Source of the DNA: Neodothiora populina
Lineage: Eukaryota
Direction of reading: 5' to 3'
NCBI RefSeq assembly: GCF_041146345.1
Contig: NW_027191415.1
Coordinates: 930,001 to 994,000, forward strand
Length of the DNA: 64,000 nt
Positions 26,604 through 38,631 of the stretch are shown here, piece after piece. Numbering within the stretch: the stretch's first letter is position 1; each line of letters starts with the position of its first letter. The translations under genes were made by a program, and so were the position numbers. The notes below the pieces were generated by a model. That model made no database searches and had not been told where the DNA came from. It worked only from the letters and a program-made list of their open reading frames with translations.

Positions 26604-28317
26604 ATGAAATCCAATACACCTGTGACTGCTACAGTCGCCCCCAAACAGCCACCGCCAGAGACCATCCAAGAAACCAAAACACGGCGATGGATCATCCTCA
26701 GTCTATGGGCAATAATTGCTATATTCGGCCTACCAGCATGGTATGCTACGACAGCCGTGCCCCGTGCTGAGCTTCCCATCGAAGTTATGACTCGGTGGTC
26801 AGAAGGACAGGTATGTGAGCAAAACATTTATATGAACACGTCCACTAACTCAACAAATGTAGGGAAGTAAGATAGAGTTTCCGATCACTGTTGCCATTGA
26901 TAGTTCTGCGGTGTCATCCATTGATACCTCAGTCCTGGTTCAGAAGATTCAGATTGATCTTGATCAGCGGCAAGAATCAAGTCTTCACGGGCTTCATGTT
27001 GTGCCTGCTATGCGTGATCTGACGTCTGCACATACTTTAGCAGAGTCGTTCATCTATACGCACTCCTCCACGCACGAAAGATTTCAGCCGCAGCTAGTCA
27101 TTGAACTCAGAGAGACTGCGGAGTCAGCAAGCGAGTCTCCTGTTGCGAAGCTGCAACCTTTCAATCCTGTTTTAGAGATTCACTACAGCCAGGCTTCCGT
27201 GTCAAACGATGCGGACTTACATTCACTTGCACAATTTGTCATCAATGAACTCCAGGAAACGTACGCCGAGGAGCGTGCGACCATCACTCACTTGATAGCT
27301 TCTGATGCTGCATTTGCCCGAAGTCTGGACACGCAGGCCCAAGAGTCCATGTCCTCTGAGCTGAAGCAGCGGTCTAACAGAGCGTTCAAATATGCGACTA
27401 CGTATCACTTGACCGTCTCGCTCTTCTCCGGTTCCGACACTCCTTCCTCTTGGGATATCAAGTCTGCCCTTGACGAGTATCTGTCGCCATTTCTGCAGTC
27501 ATTCGCTTCCATCAGTACCTTCACTCTGGATACGCAAGTTCAGCTCTATGCATCGCTGTCTACGTCCTTGCAAGGACCCAATTACGACGAGTCCTCGAAA
27601 CAGTGGACGCTGCTCCACTCGGACTTGAGTGCTTTCATCAATGCAGCCGAGTGGCCTCTGAATCCTAGTATCGGCACGGGGCCGACAATGAACTTTGTTG
27701 TCTATGTTCCCTCCAAGGCTCAGAGTCCCCTTGTCATCAGCGAGACTGGAGGTACCAGTTGGCTCATCCCCCAGTGGGGTGGTGTACAAATCGTCAATCA
27801 AGACGAGGCATCCAATTCTACCACGTTAACCAAAGATGCACTGGAGCCGGTTATGCGAACCTTCGCCGACCAACTGGATGCGCTTTTGGGGTTGCCACAA
27901 TCGCCCTCATCGCTTCCCCTTCGTCTATCTAGTCTTACGCGTGAAAGGACAACCTCTCTGATCATCTCGGCATCCTCGACGCTGGGCGCTCTCGCAAGAC
28001 TATCTCTCAAGCTCACGTCGATCGCAATTCCCGACAACGTTGCGACATCAGTGGCAGACGCGATCCAGCATCTGGAACAAGCTTGCGAAGATCTGCGCCA
28101 AGGTCGATTCGATAGTGCTCTCGAGCACGCTCGTTCCGCCGAGACCCAAGCGGAGCAAGCATTCTTTGACCCGTCCATGGTCGGACAGGTCTACTTCCCC
28201 GACGAGCACAAGGTTGCCGTCTACGTGCCCATGCTGGGCCCAATGGCTGTGCCGCTCGTCATGGCGGCTATGAAGGAAGTGAAGCGCATCAGGCAGACGA
28301 GATCGTTCAGTCGATGA
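26604..28317 (+). CDS. GPI17: GPI transamidase subunit PIG-S/Gpi17
   Basis: Exons 26604-26810 and 26863-28317. N-terminal TM followed by GLPAWYATT..RAELP; FINAAEWPL, WLIPQWGGV, AFFDPSMVGQVYFPDEHKVAVYVPMLGP. Confidence 0.92.
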
Positions 28318-29111
28318 AGGCGCACGCTGCCCAAAAACCTGCGATTCAGCACATGGCACCGGCACCTGCTTTACCCAGCAACATCGTCTTCACTACTCGT
28401 GCTATGAGGAAGTGATGCGCTACGCTCGGCAAGGATGCCCACGAAATAAACAATGCCAGCCGATGATCTTGGACATGTGTGGTCACATCTTGCTTCCGAT
28501 CCTAAATAACATTACTCGTAAAAGTTAAAGCGAATCAGACGGCTTCCGAAGCCCTGGCAGAGGGGAAAACGGGGGTCGACCGGTTCCGAGGCTGACTGAT
28601 TTGCATGCTGCAGAGAGGAAGCTTGTTTGTCCAGCCAAACTAGCTAGCTGCACAAGGATGTTTTTCGAGAGACCCGACTCCCTGCGATGCATCCGGCATT
28701 ATGGAAAGAATTACCCTCTCGTATCTGCGGGGACTCATCATACCCTTCGTCCATCACTGGGGGGAAGCGCCCCCCCGAACACCTATTGTCGTTTCACTGG
28801 CATTGCTGTTGTGACGGAAGTTTAAATTCCCCGCACACTTCCCCCGTTTTGCGCTGCGGGGTTCACATTAACATTTTTAAAGGAACCACTGTTCGATGGC
28901 AAAAGTGAATTGTCATGTTTATGGGGGGAGGGAGGGGAAGGGCATTTATATAGCACAAGCACACCCAGCTCCCCTGCTGGTGATTACGAGTCAATTGCAT
29001 GCATGCACTGAGAGGTATACATACACAGTAGCTGTCTCCTCCAAGAACCAAACTCAAAACCACAACTTCCTCGTTCGCACGTGAGAGCCCCCCTCCCCCA
29101 CCCTCGTCAAG

Positions 29112-29521
29112 ATGCCCGTGAACCAGCAAGCACACGACAATGTGCAGAAGTCTCTGGACAGCATCACGTCAGACGCCGGCCTGAAAGTGCCGGGCATGGT
29201 CTTCACAGCAGTGGACAAGAACGGCGACGCCATCACCGAGAACGTGTCGGGCACCCGAGGCCTCGACACCAAGAAGCCCATGACGCTCGACACCGTTTTC
29301 TGGATCGCGAGTTGCACGAAGCTGCTCGCCACTATCGCTGCCATGCAGCTTGCCGAGCAGGGAAAGCTGAGCCTCGATGATCATAATGAGCTGTATAAGG
29401 TCCTGCCGGAGCTCAAGGACAAGAAGGTCTTGCAGGAGGATGGGTCGCTTGTGGATAAGACTAGTGAGATAACTTTGAGAAGGGTAAGTTTCTTTTTTTC
29501 TTTTTCTTTTTCTTTTCCCTT

Positions 29522-29555
<34 letters not shown>

Positions 29556-30658
29556 AACACGTAATGTGATGACGATATGGCGATGATGGAAACCGGGTTG
29601 CTGACAGAGACTTTTTTTCTTCTGCTGCGCAGTTGCTCAACCACACGGCCGGATTCGGATACGAGATCTTCAACAAGAAGCTCATGGAGTACGGCCGACC
29701 GGCAGGCTTCGACGTCTTCAGCGGCGACATCCACGACATCGTCGACACACCCCTCGTGAACCAGCCTGGTTCGAGGTGGGAGTACGGCGTCAACATCGAC
29801 TGGGCCGGCATCGCGGTCGAGAGAGTGTCCGGGCTCACACTCAACGACTACCTGAAGCAGAACGTCTTTGCGCCGCTCGGCGTCACGAACATCGATATGC
29901 TCCCGAGTGATGAGATGAAGGCTCACCTCGCGGCTATGCATCAGCGTCTGCCTAATGGCGAGACGTTGGAGAGCGATCATCCCATGCGCAGGTCGTTGAA
30001 GGCGCGCAGTGATGCTGACAAGGCGCGTATCTTTAATAGTGCTGGTGCGGGCTGCTTCGCGCAGCCGACTCAATACGTCCGTAAGTGACATCCACCGCCT
30101 GACTTGCAGAGGTCGACACTCAAACACGAATGATTAACTGATTCGTTCTTTCTCCTCATGACAGAGATCCTCGTCGCGCTGCTGAACAACGGCACGCACC
30201 CCAAGACCAAGAAACAGATCCTCAAGCCCGAGACAGTCGACGAAATGTTCGAGAACCAGATCCCCGAGTTCCCAGACTTCGCGCGCAACACGCCTTTGCC
30301 ACCGTGCAAGAACGAGTATTCCAACGCCGCGCCCGAGCTGTATCCCGAAGAGGGCGACCCGCCTCAGGGCTGGGGTCTGAGCTTCATGATCACGACTAAG
30401 CCTGGCATGACTGGTCGCGGTCGACAGACGGCCTGGTGGGCTGGTATTGCGAACTTGTTCTGGTGGTGTGATCGTGAGAAGGGAGTCGCGGGCATTATTG
30501 CTTCGCAGGTTCTGCCATTCGGTGATCCAGTTGTTATGGGACAGGTAAGGCTTCTCGTTTCCCCTGACATGCTTCTTCGTTTCGAGGGTTTAATGCTGAC
30601 TTTTCGATTTGTCTAGTGGTTTGCCTGTGAGAAGGCCGTCTATGATGCGATTGCTTGA
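29112..30658 (+). CDS. Beta-lactamase-family serine hydrolase / LovD-like esterase-transesterase
   Basis: Exons 29112-29483, 29633-30080, 30165-30544, 30617-30658. FWIASCTK (SxxK), LLNHTAGFGY, PGSRWEYG, WWAGIAN. Confidence 0.9.
29521..29554 (+). repeat. (TTG)n microsatellite in intron 1 of the esterase gene
   Basis: About 11 TTG units after T-rich tracts; explains the spurious polyC/polyQ/polyN ORF tails. Confidence 0.9.
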
Positions 30659-30795
30659 TTGCCGGTTTAGTATGAACTGCTTCTGACTGTTCATGTGACG
30701 CCATTCCGGCTTTGATCTTCGGAGCGAATTGCCCTTTGTGAAGCGCAGGTATGGTTTGCGTTGCAGTACTGCTCGATGCCATGTAGTGTATATCT

Positions 30796-32279
30796 TCAAC
30801 CAATCGATATAGCCCATCGTTCTACCCGGGTAGCCAACCCTTTGATGACTCCTCTCTCCCTCCAAAAATGACCAGCTTTTTCCTCTTCGTGCCACTCGAA
30901 GTCTTTGGCTGTACTCTGCATCTCCATCTTCTTGCACCAGGCTCTCATGCGTCTCGCAGAGGTGAAGCCGTCTTCGCTGCCGAAGACGACGAGCGTCTTG
31001 TTGCGCACAAGGGTTTCCGAGTCGAACGGCCTCATCAGAAGCATGGATGCCCAAGACGGTGACAGAAATGCTGATAGTGGAGGCAGGAGGGGGGATATGA
31101 GGAGATAGTGCGTCTTGACTCCGCCACAAATCACCGTCGTAGCATTAGCAGGTAACACTTTCTCCAAAGATGGCGTCGTTGTTGTCGCATCCGGAGCATG
31201 AGAGTGCGAAACGTGATTGCGCACACTACGGCTCGAGGACCTTCGCACGCTCCTTCGCCTGCCGTCACTACTGTGTCGATGAACATTGTGATGATGAACG
31301 ATATGGTCCTTGATCCGGCCAGGGATGTCCACACTACGACGGTTGCCACCACCGCAGCCGCTACTGCATCTGCGCCCGCTACCGCCACCGCCGGACCCGC
31401 TGCTGTGACTGCCTGTTCGTTGATGCCCGTGCAATGAGGTTTCTTGACCGCCGTACACAATAGAGTGGTGAGAATTGGACTTCTTATGCACGTTAGGAAG
31501 AGGTCGACCTCTTTCGTGCTGCTTCTGCCGCATTTGGACCTGTAGACGCTCATTGGTCTGAGAAGCAAGGCTTTGGGCGCGGAGAAGAGTTTCTCTAGCG
31601 TTGAGCTCATATTTAGGTTGCTTGCATTGCTCCAGAAGTGCTTCTGTTTCGGGTAATTGACTTGTTATCAGAGAGCCATATGAATAGCCTCCCAGTACCA
31701 AAGAGATGTCGCGGAGAGTCGATGGGGTTACACCCGTCAGATCACCGTCCATACCATCAGCGAGCTTTTGTTCAGCCACTGATGGAAACCGCAAGTCATT
31801 CAAGTAGTGTACCATAAGATTAGTAAATGAGATGTAGTCATCCAGTTCTGATTTCCCTGTCCAGCTCGTACTGCCTTTGGACTCGGCTGCTCCTCTGATT
31901 TCATCATCAGTATGACAACGTAGGAAGTTTCAGATTTGCAGATATTACTATAGAGCAAAGACAAAATGCTTTACACAGCTACTCGAAACAAGAAGGATGA
32001 GCCATCAACACACCTGAAATTAAAGGTCCCGACGACAAAGCCCAATTTCAGCAAAACAACTACAGCAACCATAACGACAGGATCGTCCATTGAGCCACCC
32101 AAGGGCGCATAAGGATGAGCGATGACCGAGCCCTTTTTCACCCATGCTTCATCGGATGTGACTGGACCTTCGTGTTCGAAGATCGGGGGATGGTATATTC
32201 TGCAGTCCAGCGGCGTACCGTCTACGAAGGATGGGATGGTGAAGACGTAGGCCGGTTCGGCAAGGTCGCGCATTGTCAT
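30796..32279 (-). CDS. Alpha/beta hydrolase with a His/Ser/Gly/Arg-rich low-complexity insertion
   Basis: Exons 32279-32014 and 31894-30796 join to give GTFNFRGAAESKGSTSWTG. HPYAPLGG, GGYSYGS nucleophile, EDGFT (Asp), AGHFW (His). Confidence 0.85.
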
Positions 32280-32668
32280 ACAGAGAGGTAGGAACTCGGT
32301 CCGGTCATTGAGTGAGAAAGAGGTCTGGTCTCACGATTTATTTTGTTTGTCTATTTTTGTACATGGTGTGGACGCTTGTGGCAACTACGGCGTGACTGCC
32401 CGCGGAAGTAAGGTCGCGTGGAAATGAGGGGTTGGATGGAAGCTGAGATTCTACAGATATAGGCCCGACTTTCATAAGGCTTCATTCTACTACGTCAAAT
32501 GCGAGCGGAATTAGGCAAAAGTAAAACACAACATGGCATGAAAAACGACAATACAGGGGTCTTTTGTAGTACAATAGATAGTCAAAGTCGTTATATTTCG
32601 TGATGGGGGTATCTCTATCATATAGGTTGGAAGCGAAGAATGCAGAACAAGCCAACACGAAGCCATCA

Positions 32669-34332
32669 CTACTCGAAATCTGTGTCTTGCTGATGGCTGA
32701 TCAGCAGTTCAGGATCTGGGCCGTCAGACTCGTTGTCAGTGTCTGATGACACAATCGTCCCATTGCTCCTCTTCGGTTCGAAAGCTTCGTCTAGGTCTCT
32801 AATGGCTTCGCTGTCCCTGGCGTGATGCATCACACTTCCTCTTGGAGTGCGGAGGTCTTCGTACACGGACTGGCTGGCAAATTCGCCGCCGCCGCCCTGA
32901 TTGGGAGCATCCGAAAAGGATTGTTGATCAAGCTGTTCGGTAGATGCAGCCAATGCGGCATCGAGAATATCTCGGCCTTTGAGGAAAGCTTCGAGTTCGG
33001 CACCGATCGCTGCAACCAGCAACTTCCAGTCACGGGTCTGCGCAAGCTTATACTTGCTCTCAAGCTGCACAGTAGTCTGGTCCAGGTGGGCTAGCAGATC
33101 TTGCATGTCGTTGGTCGGCGATTGGATTGTGTTATTATCGTGGAGTGCATCGGACTCCGTATCCATCGACGGCCTCGCTTTCTCGGCACTGAGTCGTGCC
33201 GTGTCATTCCGAAGCTTGCGCTCGAAATCCATAACGTCCTTGACAACGTCTTTCCAGACGACAGCTCCGTCTTCGAGGGCTTCTCGGTCCCTCTCTATAG
33301 TTGCTTGCTGACTTTGCAATCGGTCTCTCTGACGACTGAAGGCCTCACGAGCTGTGTCTAGAGTCAACTTCTTCACTCTCGGTTGATGAGGTAGGGTAGA
33401 GATGACGTCGAGAGTGCTGGGGGGCAGATCACTCAGGAAGTCTTTGCTATGCTGTTCGAGAATGGCTAGACTTGCGGTGTAAGAAGACAGGTCCGCGTGG
33501 ACCTCATTCTCGCAGTCTTGCGCTTCTTTGCGGAGCTTTGTCTGCTGCGCCTTCATCTGAGCCAATCTTGCTTCCAGATCGTTGATGTCGTTTTGCATGT
33601 CATCAGCTTTCTGGCGCAGCTCTCTCGCCCTGGCGTGCTCCTCTCCTTGCTGGATCTGACGAGTTCTTTCCTCTAGTCGCTCCCTCTTGCGCAGCCAGAC
33701 ATCGAGTTGGTGAACAAGTGCGTTGCATTCTTCGAGCTCCGGGGTCAGCTGGTCTGACTCTTGGGCTTTCAGGAGGGCCAGCCTTCGCATCGTCGTGTGT
33801 ATGGCCTTCCGTGCATCGTGCAGACCAATCTTTCCACTTCCCTGAGGGCTCGAAACGGCGTTCTTGGAGCTTCTCATCCGTGCATTCAGGTTTGCAGGAG
33901 GCGTAGAGGCAGCAGAAAGCGAGGCATCGTCTGGTGTATTGGAGGCTAGACCAGACAAGAGGCCTTCGGCCTGGGCATCTAGGAGGATCTGGAGGTGAGC
34001 TTCGAGCTGTTTCTGCTTGCGGCGGAAGAACAAAAGATCGTGGTCGGTGGAAGAGGCAGGCGCGGCTCCACCAGGTGAGTGCGCAGGGGTTGAGGTCAAG
34101 TAGGTGCTCGACACTATGGGTGGAGGAATCATCGAGGCGGCAATGGGAGAGGGCGTGCGCCATCGAGGCGTCTTGGACGTCGAGCGCGCTTCTTCTGGAG
34201 ACAAAGAGCGCGAGTAGCGCGAAACAGCTTTACCTAACCACGAGCTATACTCGACCGCGTCAGTATTGTCTTCCAAACAGGTGGCCGGAGCACAGGTGAG
34301 ATGGCATGTTTCATGGCATACCTTGTTTCCAT
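32669..34332 (-). CDS. Atg28-like coiled-coil protein
   Basis: Micro-exon 34332-34322 (ATG GAA ACA AG), intron 34321-34245 (GTATGC...CTGAC...TAG), exon 34244-32669. Long coiled coil; LQILLDAQAEGL, EREALEDGAVVW-like, WKLLVAAIGAELEAF and C-terminal PDPELL motifs, recalled from filamentous-fungal proteins annotated Atg28. Confidence 0.65.
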
Positions 34333-35093
34333 GTTTACACTTTTCTCAGATCAATACGTTGGCAAGCATATGGTGAAGAGTGCGTGTCTTATGTCTCTTT
34401 TGTCGTAACATATACAGAAATGCAAGGCAGACCAGTAATTAATGCGCGTGACACGGTCAGATGATGGATGCATGTGAAAACGGGTGATCCTCTTATGTTT
34501 TGGACCGTTCCCTATCCCCAATGGCTATACCACAGCCAAGTCTGATACCAACACTTTGCAGTCTTGCGGTCCAGGAACTCACAAGATGTTTGATAAGCTT
34601 ATACCACCGCAAGCTACCTTATACACGATGCTCCCAGTCAATAGTGATGGAATGTTCAGCTGTCTTACCCTGACGTACCGGCAACAATAGGCTTGGCAGT
34701 CCGGGGAAGGGTCGTGGCGGAAGCCGTGACAGGGCGGAGGGATGGAAGACTACTGGATGAAGCAGCGGACACCGGTGGCGGTGGAGAGGAGATGCAAACA
34801 TCAGGATCCAAAGGCGCAGTTTGACAAGGAGAAGCGTCGCCTGCGGTTCATGTGACTTGGAGCTTTATTCCATCCACTTCACCTCATTACAATACTTGAC
34901 ATCAGCAAGACTCTCACATACCTGCCTTCACTCACTATCTGTTCAATTCAAGATAAAGCTGTCGTCTTTGAGAACTTGACTAACGCTGCTTGATCACCAC
35001 TGCCCCTGCCGCATAGGTCGCGCAACGCGGGCGCCAGCTTCTTCTATCCGCGCAACTCAACACCACTAATCCCTTGCCATCACAAAGACAACC

Positions 35094-38000
35094 ATGTCTA
35101 CACTGGCCGATCAGGATTTCGGCTCAGAGGAAGAGGAGGATGATTTCAATCCAGCTCCTGAGATAGGATCGGAAAACGAGGGCGACGACGACGCAAATGC
35201 TCCCCGTCAACGCCAGGCCCCCGCCGACGATGATGATGACGACGACGACGACAACGACAATGCCCAATCGAATGCTGCCCAGCGAAGAGGAAGCGACAAT
35301 GCTGGTGATGAGGAGGAGGGCGATGAGGAAGAGGAGGACGAAGAGGACGAGGATGAAGAGGAGGAAGACGAGGATGACGAGGACGATGTTGTATGTTTAT
35401 GCCTACGAGAGCAGGATAGAGAAGGGAAAATACTGACTGTTTGTTCCACTAGGGCCATCCTCGCAAACGACGCAGAAAGGGCCCCCGCAACCAGTTCCTC
35501 GATGTCGAGGCCGAAGTCGACGACGAGGACGAAGAAGAGCCGGAAGAGGACGACGACTTGGCTGCCGGCGACGAGATGCACCCTGACGACCTCCTGGAGC
35601 TGCCCGCAGGCGCTGAACGAGACGATCGCAAGCACAGAGAACTCGACCGACAACGCGATCTCGCTGCCAGCATGGATGCCGAGAAGCAAGCGCAAGCCCT
35701 CAAGGAGCGCTACGGCCGCAACAGAGCCAGCCACTCGGATTCTACCGTCGTCCCTCAGCGTCTGCTCCTGCCCAGCGTCGACGATCCCCACATCTGGAGA
35801 CTCAAGTGCAAGCCCGGCAAGGAGCGTGAAGTTGTCTTTGCAATCATGAAGCGAATCGAGGACCGCGCTGGAACCAGGGAGCCTCTGCAGATCATTTCCG
35901 CCTTCGAGAGAAGCGGTCCCATGGCTGGCAACCTCTATGTCGAAGCTCGAGTCGTCACCGATGTCACCTCAGCCCTCGAGGGTCTGCAGAATGTCTACAT
36001 GGGCACAAAGCCAATGCTGATACCCATCGGAGAAATGCCCGATCTCCTGCGTGCCACTAAGAGCAAGCAACTCGAGCCCGGCATGTATGTGCGCATCAGA
36101 CGTGGAAAGTACGCCGGCGACTTGGCCTTTGTGGACGAAGTCGAATCCAACGGAACCGAGGTTACTGTCAAGCTTGTCCCGCGACTTGACTATGGCGCCA
36201 ACGAAGACGTGCAAGCCGGTGGCCTGGGTGACAAGCGCAAGCGCGTCGGATTCGCTAGCAACGCTGGCCCGAGACCGCCTGCACGTCTCTTCAGCGAGCA
36301 CGAGGCGCGCAAGAGACACGGCAGATACCTCACCAAGGGCACTGGTTTCACCGGCAACACCTGGACCTACCTCAACGATACTTATGTTGATGGCTTCCTG
36401 ATCAAGGACTTCAAGACCAACATGCTGCAGAGCGAAGACGTCAACCCCACCCTCGAGGAAGTCACGCGCTTTGTCGCTGATGCCGAAGATGGCACGGAGA
36501 ACCTCGATCTTTCCGCCCTGGCTGCGACCATCAAGAGTAACACTGCAGGCGCTTTCCTTCCAGGCGACATGGTCGAGATCTTCCAGGGTGAACAACGCGG
36601 CGTTTCCGGCAAAGCCATCTCCGTCCACTCCGATATTGTTCGCATCTCAGTCACCGAGGGCCCTCTCAGGGGCCAGATCATCGAATCGCCCACGAAGGGC
36701 CTACGGAAGTTGTTCAGGGAAGGAGATCACGTCAAGGTCATTGGTGGCAGCAAGTACTATGACGAGGTCGGAATGGTGGTCAAGGTCGTCGACGACAGAG
36801 TCACCATGCTGACCGACTCCAACCAAGTCGAAATCACCGTCTTCAGCAAAGACCTCCGCGAAGCGACCGACTCGGGTGGTCAAGTTGGCGTTGCCAAGTA
36901 CGATCTGCACGATCTTGTGCAACTGGACGCTGCCACTGTCGGCTGCGTGATCAAAGTCGATCGGGAGTCGCTGCGTGTTCTGGACCAGACTGGGACCGTG
37001 CGAAGCCTACTTCACTCCAACATCTCCAACAAGCTCGAACGCCGTAAGAATGCCGTGGCCACTGACTCCGACGGTAACGAAATCCGCATCGACGACGGCA
37101 TCAAAGAGAACGGCGGTGAGGGAAAGAACGGACGCGTCCTGCACATTCATCGAAATTTTCTCTTCGCTCGCAACCGCGAGCAGACGGAGAATGGTGGTGT
37201 GTTTGTTGTGCGAACCAACAACGTCAAGACCATCGCCGCAAAGGGAGGAAGAGTGGGCAGTGCCGCTTCCAATCTGATGAAGATGAATCCCGCCATGCAG
37301 AGGCCTGGCGCTGCGAACGGTGGTGTTGCTGCCATGCCACCACCGAGATCCATGGGTCGTGACAGACTGATCGGTAAGACCGTCACGATCAGAAAGGGTC
37401 CCCACAAAGGTCTTCTTGGCATCGTCAAGGACAGCACAGACTCCGAGGCCCGAGTCGAGATCCACGGTAGCAAGAAGACCATTTCCATCGGAAAGGAAAA
37501 CTTGACTGTCAGAGATCCGGTCACTGGTGCTGTCATCCAACAAGACGCCAGCCGTCGGGCAGGTGCACCGCCCATGGGCATGCCAAGCAACAGAGGTTCC
37601 CATGGAGGTGCTACTCCAGGTGGAGCGTTCGGAAGAACGCCACGCAACGATGGAGGCAGGACACCCGCTTGGGCAGGCGCTGGCAACAAGACACCAGCGT
37701 GGCAGGCGAACTCGGGCAGCAGGACCGCATATGGTGGCAATGTGCCCGCATGGCAAAAGGGCAGTGGAACAGCCTACGGTGGCTCAACATCCTACGGTGG
37801 ATCGACATCCTACGGAGGAGGAACTTCATACGGTGGTAGTACCGCATACGGCGGGGTAAGTGATGGATATTCGTTTATTCACATTTACACAATAGACTAA
37901 CCATCTGCAGGGCACATGGAATCCCAACAACCGCACCCCGTTCCACAGTGGAGGAACGGCCATGGACTCGGGATCCAAGACTCCAGCGTACGGTTCATTC

Positions 38001-38189
38001 GATGCGCCTACTCCTGGTCTCAACAGCGCGCTGACACCCGGCAATCTTGATGCGCCTACTCCTGGAGCTTCATACGGCCAATATCAAACACCCGCTGCGA
38101 GCGCGCCCACTCCTGGTGGTTTCCCCTCGACACCGGGCGCCTGGAACGCAGATACCCCTGCTCTAGATGATGGACCCAGATACGATTAA
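35094..38189 (+). CDS. SPT5: Transcription elongation factor Spt5
   Basis: Exons approximately 35094-35390, 35453-37855 and 37911-38189. Acidic N-terminus, LLLPSVDDPHIW and NGN domain, several KOW domains, C-terminal TPAW/TAYGG repeats. Confidence 0.95.
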
Positions 38190-38631
38190 GATCGTGCCCA
38201 TTGAAGGAAGCCAAATATACCTCATCGGGTTCTTTTTCGTTCCACAGTGCTCCAGGAGCTTGTTATACATAATGGAAAAGTCATGACTGTCGAATGGAAA
38301 CGACAGGTGGCAAGGCAGGGAAGGGGGTTTTGGAAGCATCAGAGGCGTCAAGGTGGCGAATTTCATAGCCCCTAGGTTGGATTGAAGCAGTCGTTACTGC
38401 CTCCGAACCAGAACACGACTGAGAAATCAAGAGGCTATTACACATGTTCTTCCCACATGTTGCCTATTATCGTGCAACCCTAAAAGCCCCTCCACTGTGA
38501 GCTTACTTCTATGCGAGAAGCCGGCCGGCGACGTTGATCAGCGATAACAGGTGTACACATTTGTATTTTAAAGCTCAATCACACCCTCATGCAATATATA
38601 TCAGTAAGTGCAAGAAACCCAAAACGAAAAA

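Noticed and set aside
28727..28834. SYGGRG (CreA-like) sites upstream of the esterase
   Set aside because: Short degenerate motif, common in GC-rich DNA; not supportable without conservation data.
29565..29604. C-box (GTGATGA) and D-box (CTGA) in the esterase intron
   Set aside because: Only about 40 nt, too short for a C/D snoRNA, and the CTGA is part of the intron branch site.
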